64,000 bases of DNA from Mobula hypostoma. Taxonomy: Eukaryota. Both the position numbers and the translations under genes were made by a program. Shown here in pieces: positions 23,751 through 38,084 of this stretch. The notes under the pieces are model-generated. The model was given only the letters and a program-made list of their open reading frames with translations. It made no database searches and had not been told where the DNA came from. The DNA lies in the NCBI RefSeq assembly GCF_963921235.1, contig NC_086097.1, positions 73,472,001 through 73,536,000 on the forward strand, read 5' to 3'. Within the stretch, counting starts at the first letter, position 1, and the number at the start of each line of letters is the position of its first letter.

Positions 23751-25462
23751 CACTTACTTTATGACCTGTATTAATATTAAAGCAATAGATTTTTGGTTCT
23801 TTGCTTTTTTAAACTAATCTTTCAAGGGATATAGATACCAATAAATAATGTGTTTGCTGATTTGCAGGATTTGTGCTGGTGGAAACCTTTTTACAGCTCT
23901 TTCTTGTGACATGGGATAACCAAGTTCAAAGAGCCAACTTCAGCCTGAGATGGTCACCAGTGAGGGAGATTGAATCAATGACAATAATGTGGGGAACTTT
24001 GCATAGACTGAATAGTGTTTCCTTGCATTAGTTGGTAGTTGTGGAATGTCTAAAACGTGGATGTGTGATGCATGGAGCGGTGATGACCAGGAGCAGGGCG
24101 TGTACTGTATGTGGAAGCTGATTGTAGCTATCTGACTGATGCTGGGAGAAACAAGTAGTTGTAGAGAAAGAGGACCAGGATGATCTGTGGGTGCCTCTAA
24201 ATAGAATAGTGATGTTCTGGCTGAAACAAGAAACAGTGAAAATATTCATCACCTTAGGCAGGATTTGTGAAGAGAGTTGTCCTGATGAGTCTAAATGCTA
24301 ACTCTGTTTCTCTTTCTGCATTGGTTGCCTGACTTCATGCAGTCTTTTGCAACTTTCTGTTAGTATTTCGGCTTTACAGAAACTGAACACTGGGGAAAGA
24401 AAGGCTGTTTGTGGGATTATTTTGCAATGAAATGGGAAGTAATGAAGGCAATGTGAAGCAGTCTTGCATTTGCACAAATGAGGAAAAGGGTCAAAGGAGA
24501 ATTCAGCCATTGCAGAGTTGTTGAAGAAACATAAAGTGGATTGAAGGCTCCATTCACTGAGACATCTGATGAGAGGTTGAAAGTTGCTGAATACGCATGT
24601 TCTTCAGAGGCAACAGTACATGGAAGAGTAAAGGGACTTTGATGTAAATTGCAAGGACAGGGTTTCATCGTGAGAAATTGGCAGTGATTGTGAAAGGCAT
24701 AGAGTCAGTAGCTGAGGAGGCGAGCATTTCCAGCACAAACAACATTGAGATCAATGAAGGAAATTTGATTGTTGATGTGGGAATGGAATGGAGAAAGTCC
24801 AAGGGGATCTCATCGGGAAGAAAAGAAAGAAACCGGAGAAAGACACAGGTGCATGCCTAGGGCAGAGTGAATTCAGAAATAAAGCTAAATTAAAGCTATA
24901 CCTGGCATCTGTAATGATCAGACAATTGTCCTTCAGGGAAGGATATCCACTAACTTTAGTTTTGCTGTTTTGATATTGGTAAGTTTTAAAAGCATAACTG
25001 TACATTTTAAACAACTTTGTTAATTGAAGTCATTTAATAATCAGTTTTTGAAAATTAACGATAATCTGGTAAGTTTGCCTTACACCCTGACTGCCTATAC
25101 AATGTTCAATTCAAAGTTAGCTCAGACTGAAAATGTAGCTGAAATCATTAGGCATGAAACAGCGTGTAATTACTTCATTTTTCTCCATATTGTTTGTGAC
25201 CCCTTCATTCAGAATGAAGGTCATATTGCATTGATATTAGTAGCTTACTTTCCCTTTTAATGAATGTTTTGGTGACAATCCTATGGCCCATTTAATAATG
25301 TAAGATGGATCACTGTTCTATTTCAGTGAAGACTCATGTGGATCCAAATGCTCAATCAAATTAAAATAATTGATTCATGTAAAAAGCAAGCTGTTGGGAT
25401 GTAAAATGTGAGAGGAGATCAGCGGGTAACAGGAACGTTAGCAAATTGTAGATTGTTTGTAT

Positions 25463-25495
25463 TGTCTCCATCTCGTGGCAAAAGCACAAATTGCA
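25463..25495 (-). promoter_or_regulatory. Candidate CTCF site with upstream motif
   Basis: Minus strand TGCAAT-ttgtgctt-TTGCCACGAGATGGAGACA resembles the CTCF upstream module plus core. Confidence 0.3.
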
Positions 25496-27689
25496 AGACA
25501 ATACTGTGAATTGGCAAGTAAACAAATGCTTTTTTGTACTCTAGTATTTCAATTACATGCAGGACGTTTACACAGGTGAAAGAACTGAGTATTTTCTTTC
25601 AAAAAGTCTTGATTTGAGTTGGTGGTGGATAGGTGATTTCATGTTACAATAAATTGTCCATGAATAAAAACAGCCTTGTTTGTGATTCACTACAAAATTA
25701 AAGTGAGTCTCTGTTTCAACAGGAGAGACTTACAAGTGTGATGGGGATTTAATCAACAACGTATCTGAATTCAGTTTTTAACTAACAGTATAAGAACAGG
25801 GTCAGTTCACCATTTCATTGCTCAACCCACTTTGCCCTCTAATTGCATAACTTACTGGAATCATTTCAGAGCATAGCTGAGTTGCATTGGTTACATGACT
25901 GTGGAGCCGTGTAAAGTTCAGACACAATGGAAAGCTTCCTCTACCAATCTTTTGACCTTTTTTTGATTGATCAGGCCTCCAAGTTCTGTGTTCATGTTTT
26001 TGTTTTAAAATAACTTGGTTAAAAGATCAATCAAAAAGATCCCAACTTGAAGTGTTGGTCTTAGCATGCAAATCCAATTCAATTTCTGTGGTTCCTGAAA
26101 GTCTTGAGTGTGCCAGAGAGTGGTGTTTGTCCCCCTCTTGGCTAACAAGTAGGTACAAACGGAACAATCGTTTCATGGTAACTAACTGACATTTAAATTT
26201 ATCTGTGATGGAATCTGAACCAGTGTCTGGAGATCAATATTGCAAGTCACTGGCTACTAGTTGAGTCACTTAATCGTCAATCTTTATTACCCCTAGAGCC
26301 ATTTATATAAAAAACAAAATCAATAAAATATTTTTGACTGGGATCCAGGATGGTCTTTCTTTCCTGCCTTTCTGTCTTTGCACAATCCCATTACTTTGCA
26401 CTCAAAGTAGTTACAAATGGGAGCCACAACAAATAAGAATTCAAAGTTTCCACTGAACATAATTGCCCCACTGGAACAGTGTCACTCTGTGTGACATGTA
26501 TCTGTGCAGGGTTAAACAGCATGGGTTGTGAGATTGGTTTAATATCCTGTGATCTTGATTCATTAGGTCTAATAGTCACGTAACAATTTTGCATTGCTCT
26601 CCTTGATAATGTTACTTATGGACTTGTTCCAAACTGGAGAGCATTGTAATCCTACCTCCTGTACTGTGTAAGATTGGGACATTGCTGAGTAAATCCACAT
26701 ATCAGCATCCAGTGGAATATTATCCTTTTGCTCTAAAAAATTAATGGATGATATTTCCCTTTAGGGAAAATAAATACTGCAACAGGTGATGATTAAACAG
26801 CTTAAATTGTGTGAAATATTTCCACTTAAATGAGATGTATCCTTGCAGCAAACCGAAGAGATATTGGAAAGATTCATCATTTGCTAATGTTGCATCTCAA
26901 ATTAAAAATCAGGCCATGGCAAAGGCAGTTGGAGAGAGTTTTAAGTTGCTAAACTGCTCCCTTCCACTTTTAACTCCACTATTGAAATCTCAGCTTTGGG
27001 ATGCAGATTTGGAGAGAAACCCAAAGACAAATCTGATAAACGTTTACCTAACCTTGCAACTTCAGCACTGCATGTGGCTTCTCTGTTGCTGCCATGTTGT
27101 ACGCTAACAGGGCTGTGACTTTTCAATTGTGCCTGCCATTGCTGCCCCATATTTCCACTAATACACATGGCTTTGAATATAAATCACTTGCATGGCAAAA
27201 TGCATCTGGCATTGTCCATGTGTTCAGCCTTCTCCCATCTCTACTTGTCTTCTTGATACAACAGAAACTTACCTCTTTTTCATCACAAGTATACGCTCTT
27301 AATCCAAAAGGAATTAAAGACTTATTGGTCTATCTATTGTAGATCAAACTGGACTACATCAAGCACTATTGACTAGGAACAGAAATACTCCATCTTTAAG
27401 AGCAGGTCTCAGGTTGTGTAAACTTGGCACAGGGTAGTTCACCTTCTGAAGCCATAAGGCTTTGTAGCGACAAGGCACAGCTCAACAATATAATGGACCT
27501 CTCTGTATTTGCCCACTTGATCTCTCGAGAAAGTCAATATCTGAGAAAGTAGCCTGCTAGATGGACATAGAATCAATTGCCCTGTACCAACTTTCTCCTT
27601 CATTGGTGCAATGTGTACAGTTGCAACTCCACCCAGTTCCTTTGATATTTTCTATATTACCCGAAAAAAACTTGTGCTCACCACTTGAA

Positions 27690-29062
27690 AAGTGTGCTCT
27701 CATTGGTTATCATAGGTCACTTACCCAAGAAAGAAGGAATTATGTCAGGATTTACAGGCTAGTGAGTCTCATGTCAGAGGTCGATTAATAACTGTAGACG
27801 ATTCTAATGGACAGGATCAATCAACAGTTCAATAAGTAAGGTCTAATTAGGGATCATCAGCATGGCTTTGTGCATGGGACATTGTGTGAATAAATCTCAA
27901 GTTTTTTCCAAAGGTAAGCAAAAGGATAGATGAGGATAGGGCAGTGGACGTTGTCCAAATGGACTTTTGCAAGGACCTGCATGGCAGGCTAATCTGAGAG
28001 GTTATCTTGCATAGGATCCAGGAAGAGTTAGCTGATTAGATTCATGATTGGCTCAATGGCAAAAAGCAGAAAGTGATGATTGAAAGTTGTTCCTCAGACC
28101 AGAGGCCATAGGGGTCAGTGCAGGGACCTTTTTTATATATATATATATATGTGATTTGGATGTGAATGTACAAGGCAAGGTGAACGTGTCTGTAGATGAT
28201 AAAATTAGGTGGCGTCACAGACAGTGAAGGTGGTTATCAAAAATTACAGATATCTCATGATCAGCTAGAGAAATGGGCCAAGGATTAGAAAATGGCTTTC
28301 AATTCAAATGAGTCTGAAGGGTTACATTTTTGCAAGTTAAACTAGGGAATTACTTTCACAGTGAACAGTACAGCTCTGGAGACTGTCGTGGAACAGAGGG
28401 ACTTAGAGGTACAAGTACTGTACATAGTTCGCTGAAAGAGGTGACACAGCTTGAAAGAAGGTCGAAGAGGGTGTTTGACATGCTGGGCTTTCATCAGTCA
28501 GAGCACTGAATACAGGAGTTGGGATAAGTTGCAGCTGTACAAATGTTGATTCAATTCCACTTTGAGTACTGGGTGTAGTTTTGGGCATCCTGTTATTGGA
28601 AGGACATTAAACTGGAAAAAATGCAGAGAAGACTAATGAGGTGCTGAGAGGATCTGAGGTTATAGGTAGAGATTGGATAAACTAGCACTTTATTCTTTGG
28701 AACTTACTGTAGGAATTGAAAGATGACTTTTAAAAGGTGTGTAAAGTCATGAGGGGCATAGATAGGGTGCATATTTTCCCAGGGAAGGAAAACTGAGGGC
28801 AAAGGTTTAAGGTGAGAGGTGAAAGATTTAAAAGGCACCTGAGTGGCAAGTTCTTCACACAGAGGATGGTAAATATATAGAATGAGCTGCCAGAGAAAGC
28901 ATTGTAGAAGGTACAATAACAATAGTTGGATCAGTACATGGCTAAGAGAGGTTTAGCAGGATCGGGGTCAAATGGGTAAATGGAACTGGCTTGATTGACA
29001 CCATGGTCAGCGTAAGTTGGGCTGAAGACCCTGTTTCCATACTATTTTACCCCATGACTTTA
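27690..29062 (+). mobile_element. Highly degenerate CR1 (RT to 3' UTR)
   Basis: cagcatggctttgtg, gtagatgataaaattaggtgg, aagttcttcacacagagg and a CR1-type 3' UTR. Confidence 0.8.
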
Positions 29063-30894
29063 ACATTCTAATAAGGTAGATAATGAATGGGAGATAATGA
29101 GCAACACTGTTCCAACTGCATGGAAGACATAATTATGCTTCTTTAGCAGTGTGAAGTGCAAGGTGAATGAATCTCAGGTACCGCATAACTCACCTTTTTG
29201 AACTCACAGTTCAGTTTGATATTCTTTACAAATTTACATCCGGAAGTTTCTCCCCAATGTGTACCATATCAACAATTTTCCTGGGAGAATAATGGATCAA
29301 AATTGTTGAAAGTAAAATAACATACAAAGGTCAGTGCCTTTAATAATGCAAAATCTTAACATCTACTGCAACTTGGTTAGGCTTGGTTGGACCCCTTCGA
29401 CCATATATTAATAGCAGAATGTTGGAACTACTTTAGTTCAAGAATTTCTGCAAACATTAAAGTCTAATGGAAAGCAATGCTTAACGTCAAAATATTCCCT
29501 TTTTTAATTAAATGTGCACACAATTTTTCTGACCTCGAAATAAATGGGATTTCTTTTAACACAGAATTTAATGACAGCCAAGTGGAGAACTTTGTAAGCG
29601 TTGTGTTCAATTTATGGAAGTCTGCAACCAGCTGAAGTATGTACTAGTACTGTTTTAATTAAGTGAATGTGGTTTTAAAAATTTAAGAATTCTGTTGAAA
29701 TACAAAGAGCTGTTGAAGTATTGATTCTTGTCTTAGCATCTTGTGTGTTTTAATTTTCAAGAATAGTATAGCAAACACTGCAATATGTAAGGGTCTCATT
29801 TCTCAAGCTGCTGCTCGTGATGATAATCAGGACTTATTGTAGTGATGTGACAGGAGGCAAAACAACTTCACTAGCAAAAAAAAAGTAATGTGTGTTATGA
29901 TCATATATAGTATTGATTTCAATGAAGGAATAGAAGTTAATATAGTAACTTTCCATAAAATTAGGAGAGTTTGCAAATTGTGTAACATGGCCTAACAAAA
30001 ACAGGGGCAGTGGAAGGAAAATGACTTTGATCCAGGTAAAAAATGTGAGCAGCTAATACCCAGAGGATTAGATCAAGTTAATAACTGGCAATTGAATTAT
30101 TATTGTCACATACAACTGAGAAACTTGTATGTGCCACACAGACAGAGCATTCCATACACAAGTATGGGAATACAATCAAAAATTATTGCAACTTTTCATA
30201 GACAAGTGGAAATCTGGAATTACTTAACAACAGGGGAAAGTGGCCACAGGTGAATTTTCAAAGAGATGCTAGTGTAGATGGGACAGGAAAGGAGAATCAA
30301 GATTTTCTCACTATATCTATTTTAGACTGATCATTATTTCTCCCATGTGGTATATAGAGTATGTGCCAATCAAATTCTGCAACTGGTTGCTTACAGTCAT
30401 TTAAATTAAAGAAGCTTTTGGCAGTTTTAAACTGTGCAAGTTTATACAGTTAGCTTTTAAATATTAGGGTACATCATTTACAAATTGCATTGAATGCAAA
30501 GATTTGGTGGAATGGTATTCTATATATTCTGCAAGTTCAGTCACCATGTAGCAGCTCACGTGGGAAACACAGGAGTATTGGATGCTGGGGATCAAGCTGC
30601 AGTTGATGTATCCAAAAACATTACAAAGGATATGGATCAAAGGTAGTTAAATGGAATGGAGGTGCAGATTAGCCAGCTCTCTACACTGGACACTACTTCA
30701 TATCCTTTAAGCTGATCTGTGCTGTTAGCTTATTTGCTTACGCAATGTGCATTTCTATTTTGGACTCTTAGATAACTATTCCCAACATAGTCCCCTGTTT
30801 GTGGTTGCACCTTCTAACCCATCACAAAGAAATCAATTTATTTTGGTTTTTTTCTGTTCATTTTTATCTGCAATCTTTTTCTTTATAGAGCACT

Positions 30895-31108
30895 TAACAG
30901 TAGCATGGTGGTCAGCACAACGCCTTGCAGTACAGGTGACTCGGGTTCAGTCCTCCCAGAGTCCAAAGACGTACTAGTTGGTAGGTTAATTGGTCATTGT
31001 AAATTGTCCTGCGATTAGGCTAGGATTAGATCAACAAGTTGCTGGGCAACGCAGCGCAAAGGTCCTGCGGGGCCTATTCCATGCTGTACCTCAATAAATA
31101 AATAAATC
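30895..31108 (+). mobile_element. HE1-like SINE, internally deleted
   Basis: tRNA-like head, ggttaattggtcattgtaaattgtcc core, CR1-like tail ending (taaa)n. Confidence 0.7.
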
Positions 31109-31439
31109 AACCTGTACCTCTTTTTAATCAGCTGACTATTGGTTGGTTACTCATGTTTCTGAAATTATTACCAGCGGTCTTGTTGTCCAATTGGCCTTTT
31201 TTGTTGTGAATTCAATCCCTGACTCAAATAGGTTAAAGTTCCTAAAAGTGGATTGCTTTCACAAGGCTGAAAGTTAACTTTTCCTCCATGGTTTCATATC
31301 CTTATGTCATAAAATATAAACACATCTTTTCTCCATCTTATTTCCAGATTTTAAAGGTTGTACTAGTGTCTTGCTAAATAAAACTATGTAGATTACTTGA
31401 GATTTGATGTGTCATCTCAGCAGATTAACTGTTCTAAAG

Positions 31440-31748
31440 ATGAGCTTTGTCACACATACATCAAGATGTACAGTGAAATGCATTGTTTTGTGTCAATGAT
31501 CGACATGGTCCAAGGACGGGCTGGGGACAACCTGTGGGTGTCGCCATGCTTCTGGTGCCAACCTAGCATGCCCACAACCTAACCCTAACCTGTAGATCTT
31601 TGGAATGTGGGAGGAAACAGAGCACCCGGAGGAAACTCTCATAGACATGGGATGAATATGCAAACTCCTTACAGACAACAGTGAAATAGAAACCTGATTT
31701 GCTGTAATAGTGTTACACTACCCTCTACACTACTGTGCTACCACACAA
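31440..31748 (-). mobile_element. tRNA-derived SINE
   Basis: Same core as 21920-22129 (tggaatgtgggaggaaacagagcacccggaggaaac). Confidence 0.7.
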
Positions 31749-32712
31749 CCAACAATCTGCTTGTTTAACAAAACTGAATGTTCAGTCAGGACACATACCA
31801 AGCAGGCAATCTTGTTTTCTGGTCTTTGCTCTCATATAAATTACTGTAAAACAACCAGATATGTTAAGCAGCTAATTTTTTTACCTCTACTTCAAATTTT
31901 TGTTTCCTTGTTCTAAATATTATAATATTTACTTATTGCACTGAAGTTCATTTGCTTTATTCTACTCACTTCATATAAGCATAATTATCTGGATTGAACA
32001 AAGCAAGAGAGTTAATCATGGTGTCTTGATGGATGGTTAATCATAGTTCTGCCTGTGATTAATCTGATCCACTTTGCTGGTGTGTTTCATGTGTTAATAT
32101 CATTAAGAACATTAAATGCCCTCCACTGGCAATCGAGTGCCTTGGTATACTTCAGAAATGTGAAAGAGACCATTAATGCAAATCTATTGTCTCATTTTAC
32201 AATTTTTTTTTACATTGTCTTGGCAATGACCAGGACTTGAATTAGACTGTTTTGTGATTAACTTTTCTTACATTATATAAAAAGTGAATAGTTCAATCGT
32301 GATTATGTCACTGTTGGGTCAGAAACATTTCAAAAATAAGTAAGAAAACTGCTGTGACACGATCTATGAATTCTAAATTCCACTAGTTTTTCATTGCACA
32401 GTGACCATTCATATCACTGTAATTTAGTCAGCAACAGCATCTACTGCACATTTGTGATGATACTTGACCATTGATCTTAATTAAGGTTTATTTTTACAAT
32501 TAGCTTCATAATACAAATGACTGGGTCCCATTAATTTTGACACAGCTGTTAAAATCAGTGTAGTTTCAGCAGCAGTTGCCTTACCATTATCTCATTCAGC
32601 AATTGGGTCATTTGGAAGCAACCTAGTAAAAAAAAAGTCCAAAGTTTATGTTCAATTTGGCTTATATAAAAGAACAACATCACCAGTGCAAAATTCATCC
32701 ATGTTGTTACAG

Positions 32713-32819
32713 CATTTAGATTTGCAAATGACTGTTGTAAAAAAGAAAAGGCTGAAGGAAGAACCTACGATAATTTCAGGTGGATCGCTGTGGACGTTGA
32801 CGATGACAGAGATGTGTAA
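32713..32819 (+). other. Candidate plus-strand terminal coding exon, unidentified
   Basis: Acceptor tgttgttacag; phase-1 frame reads FRFANDCCKKEKAEGRTYDNFRWIAVDVDDDRDV*; CpGs retained in AT-rich unique DNA. Confidence 0.3.
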
Positions 32820-33509
32820 TGGTGCTGCTGCTTGAGGATAACAGAACAACCAGTAAGAGTGTGGACATACAGATGACAATTAGGCATTCACCGTATTCAT
32901 CACAGACATAATGTGCCAAAGTTTCTCCTGTCCTGTAAATTACAATGGTTTTATAATTATCTGTTTTCAGTTCAGTGGAGTCAGCTGAGATAAATGTATT
33001 ACATAGCATGACTGTGAATAGATGAACACTGATGAATTTTTATGAACAAGTTTTTATGTTACTTTCTTTATATACTGTTTAATTTTGTACCACTTAGTTT
33101 TGTTCACTATATCAGTGTGACTGAGTGTCTAAAGAATTTTGTGTAACCCTGTGTATTTGCAGGTTGATGTATGCCATCTAGGATTTTCTGGATATTTTCT
33201 TATAAAGCTACCAATTTATCAATGATTGAAGTATTTATATATAGATCTATTATAAAAGACAGCTTTTGGAGGAATCCTCTGATAATCATTTGAAGGGTGG
33301 CGAATGACATTAAGCATCAGATTATTTGGGTTTAAAAAATTGCTTAAACTATGTAGTTATTGAATTGGGTTTGGTTGTATTTGCCTTTCAAATCATAATA
33401 TCTACAATCAATGCACTTGCTTTCAAGCTTGTGATAATCGTTTAGCCTGGATTACCTGTGACTGACTGACTGCTCTAGAAACCAGCGCTAAAACCGTTGC
33501 ATTATTTAA

Positions 33510-33641
33510 TTAACATGAGAAAGTCTGCAGATGCTGTAAATCCAAAGCAACACACAACGTGCTGGAGGAACGCAGCACGTCAGGCAGCATCTATGGAAAT
33601 GAACAGGAAGTCGACGTTCCAGGCCAAGACCCTTCTTCATG
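33510..33641 (-). mobile_element. Penelope terminal-repeat fragment with degenerate hammerhead
   Basis: Reverse complement resembles 61987-62118; minus strand TGAAGA-AGGG-TCTTGG-CCT-GGAAC-GTC-GAC. Confidence 0.75.
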
Positions 33642-34785
33642 AATTATTTCATTGATTGTTCTTATTTTACTTATGTAGAGTTCTAAATAGAGACACTGAC
33701 ATCTTCTGATCAGATGACCCAGTCCATATATGGCAGTTAGGTGGGCAGGTTTTAATAAAAATTAGGGAACTCTATGCACAATATTTTCCTAAGCAAAAAA
33801 TCTTTGCATGTTCTATTTAGAACTACTAATTGAACTGATAGGGCACCACTTCTACCACACCTGGGATGAAGGAGTGTTTTCTATTCTCTGCTGATTAGTC
33901 ATATCTTCTAGGCTATCACACCAATGGGAAATAACTTCTTGTATTCTATCAATCCTTTCACAATGTTAAAAAAAAGTCACATTTAATCTTAATGTACTGT
34001 ATTTCAGGAATACAAGTCCAGGTTATGTGCCCATTTTTCAGTGCTTTAATAAAATTGGGGTGAAAATCCACTGAAAATTGTTTATTATTTTCAGAATGCA
34101 TAATAACAATCAATTTTTTTAATACAAGAACTCCTGTTTCAAAGGCTGACATCTCCCCTGAATGTATGAGCTAAGGGTCCTTCATTATAAAGTGCAACAA
34201 TAGTAACAAATTGACCCCAGATAGCAAGGAGACAAATTCATGAGTTTGCCCAAATATCTAAATTCTTGGAGTTGATTTTGCACAAAATTGAGCAAATATT
34301 TCAGTGTTGTATCCTTCCATGTATGGATTATTCAAGAATTTCTTGACCATGGACTGAATACAGATCACGGTGAGGGGAGGAAGACAACATATAACAATAT
34401 CAAAATTATACACAATAGATTAGATGTTAAACATGATATTCCTTGGATGGTTCAGAAAATGGCTATATTTTGCACCCATCCCAAGTACTGCCTCTGCTTT
34501 CTACAGCTGATCAGCTTGCCCATCCTCCCCATGAGAGACAAGGTGATGCGGGTGTGCTCGGATGAAAGGACAGAGTCTGTCCAAATAGGGCTTGATGCTT
34601 TACATCATGAACATTGGTCGGCATGTGTGCGTCAAATTTAAGGAAAACCTGAAATGTTAACACTTTTTGTGACAGGAGTATTATGAGAAATCTCATGGTT
34701 TTATTAATTAACTTTAATTAATCCAAAATTTGAAGGCACGTTGTGGAAATGCAAGAAGAAAATTGATGCGAGTTGTACATGTTAC

Positions 34786-34929
34786 TCATACGTAAGTGGT
34801 ACATCTGACCTCTTGGAGAATATGAATCCTTGCTTCTGTGGGAATGCCGAGTTTTTGCAGATTATTCTCATCCAAGTAAGGAAGCTCTGCGAGACTGATG
34901 CCAGCATTTTCAAACAATGGAGCGAAGTG
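34786..34929 (-). CDS. Terminal coding exon of a SAM-domain protein
   Basis: Acceptor tttgcactttgctcccag; HFAPLFENAGISLAELPYLDENNLQKLGIPTEARIHILQEVRCTTYV* fits SAM helices 2-5; AATAAA on the minus strand at 34700-34705; phase 0 matches exon 46017-46074. Confidence 0.85.
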   Translation of the reverse strand, partial: HFAPLFENAGISLAELPYLDENNLQKLGIPTEARIHILQEVRCTTYV

Positions 34930-37900
34930 CTGGGAGCAAAGTGCAAATTCAGGGTATTAAACAAAGATTGGAAGTCTATAATTAAACAATGTGAAACTAC
35001 AGCTTTATTCCTCAGACAGGAGACATCAAAGAAATTCCAAGACATCTGGATTGTTAAAGATCAAAATGCTATTGAATCTTCTGAAGCGAGTTACGATTTA
35101 TATATCCTTTACATGAAGTTTACGAAATTGAAAGAGTCGTACAACAAGTGAATCCATTATCTTAGTGCCTTGGTTCAATGTTTGTCTGTGAATTCCTGCT
35201 TCTGGTTTATGGGGAAGTGTTATTGCTGCGCTCATTAAATCTATGCAACTCGGGATATATTTAATGAGTGCAGCAATGTCAATACAAACTGGTATCTACA
35301 AGACGAGTTGTGGTTGGGTAATGTTTGCACCAACCACGCCCCTTATTCATGTACAATATCTACCTTTCTCTCCGTTCTTTGCTGGAATGGATTTCAAATT
35401 ACAGCCTGAAAGTGAAGTGCCCTCAATTTCATTCTATCCTTTTGGTCAAGGTGCACTCTAATATCGGAATTGGAAATATGGACTTGCCTCTTTTTTTTCC
35501 AATACTTTGTCTTATCAGCATTTCAGGTTTTATTTCATGACGATCCAAAAATGGAAATACATTAGGCATTTCCATATCCTGACTTTTTCTTTTAAATGGG
35601 CTAAATTTTCAATGTATTTTACCAATGTAAAACACTGTATGCATTAAGCAGCAGGTGGCACTGGAGTGCAGCAACATTTAGCTGCCTGCAAGTCTGTAGA
35701 GTGATAGTAGCTACAAGATCGTAAAATATCACAGTGGGCACAGGAACCTGCCTTTTCAAGGACAGATTCATTGAAGGCAAATAAATTATAGTCATCTACT
35801 CAGAGGATATTTAAGAGAAGGATTAATCACACACAGAATAAACAGAGAAGCTGCCAGAAAACTACTCTATGTCACAAAAGGTTTAGTGTCCAACATTGGC
35901 AATCAAATTGTACATTAGACTATCATGGGACAGTTACTTGACCAAACACGAGACAGGCCAATGAAAATTGGTACAACCTCACTTAAGTTGCATAGCAATG
36001 CAGGAATCCATTAAACAGAGTTCAAAATTTGTATCTTCTTTCAGATGCAATGACCAACATTAAAAATGCTGTTCTTATATATTAGGCATGACTTAGAATA
36101 GCTATATAACAGTGAGGTAAGTTATTCATTCATTAAATGACTGAGTCTTTGCTGCCATCAATCATTCTCTCTGATATTAAAGAGACTATTATAACTACAG
36201 TGCCACATTCTTGCAGTTTAATTGTACATTTGCTTTTAAAATGATTAACATCTCTGTCTTATCTTCCTGTTTTCCCTCTGTGCTAATGGTCACCACTGAT
36301 GCAAATAACCAATTCCAACCTGCATTTTCTTAGTTCCTTTGCATTAATTTAAGGGTTAGATAGATGGTCCTCAATGCTGTACAACTTGCTGGCACACATA
36401 CAACCACTTACATATGAAATGTTCTCAAAATTCTAGAGTCCTATCTTTTTAAGCGCCAGCAGTTAATTGCTTGATCATCAGACAGTTAGAGTCTGTTTCT
36501 CGGGCATCTCCAACTCTCCACGGATCCCGTCACAGTGACATTAATTTCTACTGTTTCATACACAGTTTGGAAGCAGAAGAGCAGGGAGACAGAACAAAAA
36601 AATATTTCAACACTCCTGCTAAATATTTTCCATTCCACTTCCTGTGTAAACTATGTAAATTCATGGCAATACTTTTATTTTTATCAGCTTTGCTGAGGCT
36701 AGCAGAGGGTGAAAACTGCAATGATCCATTTCAAATGACAGAATTATTCAAACAGTAATTCAGAGATACATGATAACAAAGAAGAACACAGTGGTATTTA
36801 ACTAACAAACTATTCCTAAAATCTGAATAAAATTATTTTTGATCCCTGCAGATGACTCCAGACATCATAGACTTGAGCTTCCTGTGAATGGGTCCACACA
36901 AACTACTCAAATCACTGAACATAAAGAACTTGGCAGATCAATGAACATTGACCAAACCTCAGGAAAAACCATACACGTGCCTGTCAGCAACAAAGCTCTT
37001 TGCACAAACAGCTGAGAACTTTGTATCTACAGTACATCTGTCATAAAATCATACCTTCAATCAATCTCACATCTCATTATCCCTGGCTGTTATCAATTGA
37101 TAACCAAAGCTTGCAGTATGAGGAGACAGAAGCCTTACAGATCTGAGAACAAAGCAGCAGCTAAACCAGAGGCAAAAAAATCTACTCTCTCTGATGACCA
37201 ACTGGCCTTTCTCAGGAATAAAGAATTTGCCCAGCATGCTCAACAAATTTTGCACAGACAAGTTAGCTGACCATCTTCTTGTAGGCAGCTGCCAGGTCAA
37301 TAACATGGAAGCCTGATAACAGCACCACCACATGAAGTATTTTGCAGGGCTTGGTGCATCTGCCAGCAGGTTGTGTGAAAACCATACGAGAATTCAGCCT
37401 ACATGAACATCCAAGACCTGCTCAGCCCTGTATCATCACAGCTTGTTATCACCACTCCCACCATCTCAGCAACTCCCTCCATTATGTAAGAAAAATAAAA
37501 TTGGACACAATACACCATAGGCAATTAGACCAATGCTCAATACAATTGCTTCTACATTCAAATCCTCTCGTAATGCAGGCCAGTCAACCATTTCTCCTCC
37601 TAGACTTGCTATGCTGAAATGGTGGCATCCAATAGCTTGCCCCAAGGACACCCAGGTCTCTTTGAACATCAATAATATCTCAGCATTGCTACTTTACTAG
37701 TACAGCAAAATATAACTTCATACTTTTCCATCTTAACATATGTTTGAGGCCTCTTTACAACCTCACCCCATTTAGCATCATCCACAAAACATGAAAGAAT
37801 GACATTTGGCCCCTTTAAATCTGCCCTGTACATCATGAACAGCAAGCCCAGAGTGCAAACTCTAAACTCATACAACCCCACTCATTCTACTCATACACTG

Positions 37901-38084
37901 AATCCTATTTTATGTTCTCCTACTGTGTCGATGAACATTAAAAGCCTCCTGAAGATCCACATCGGCATGTTCCATTTATTCATTCTACACTGTACATCTG
38001 GAAAGAACTCCAGCACATTAGTTAAACATGAGGCCAGAGGTCTGTGAGTGTCAAGGAGCAGGAGTGAGTGCTATTGCTATTACA

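Noticed and set aside
34741..35151. 136-aa plus-strand ORF and 87-aa minus-strand ORF 34782-35045
   Set aside because: Antisense and off-frame shadows of the SAM exon; the real frame is not in the ORF track.
36850..37620. Exon-like plus-strand frame after ctgcag
   Set aside because: Looks like a very decayed Rex/L2-type LINE remnant rather than a host exon.
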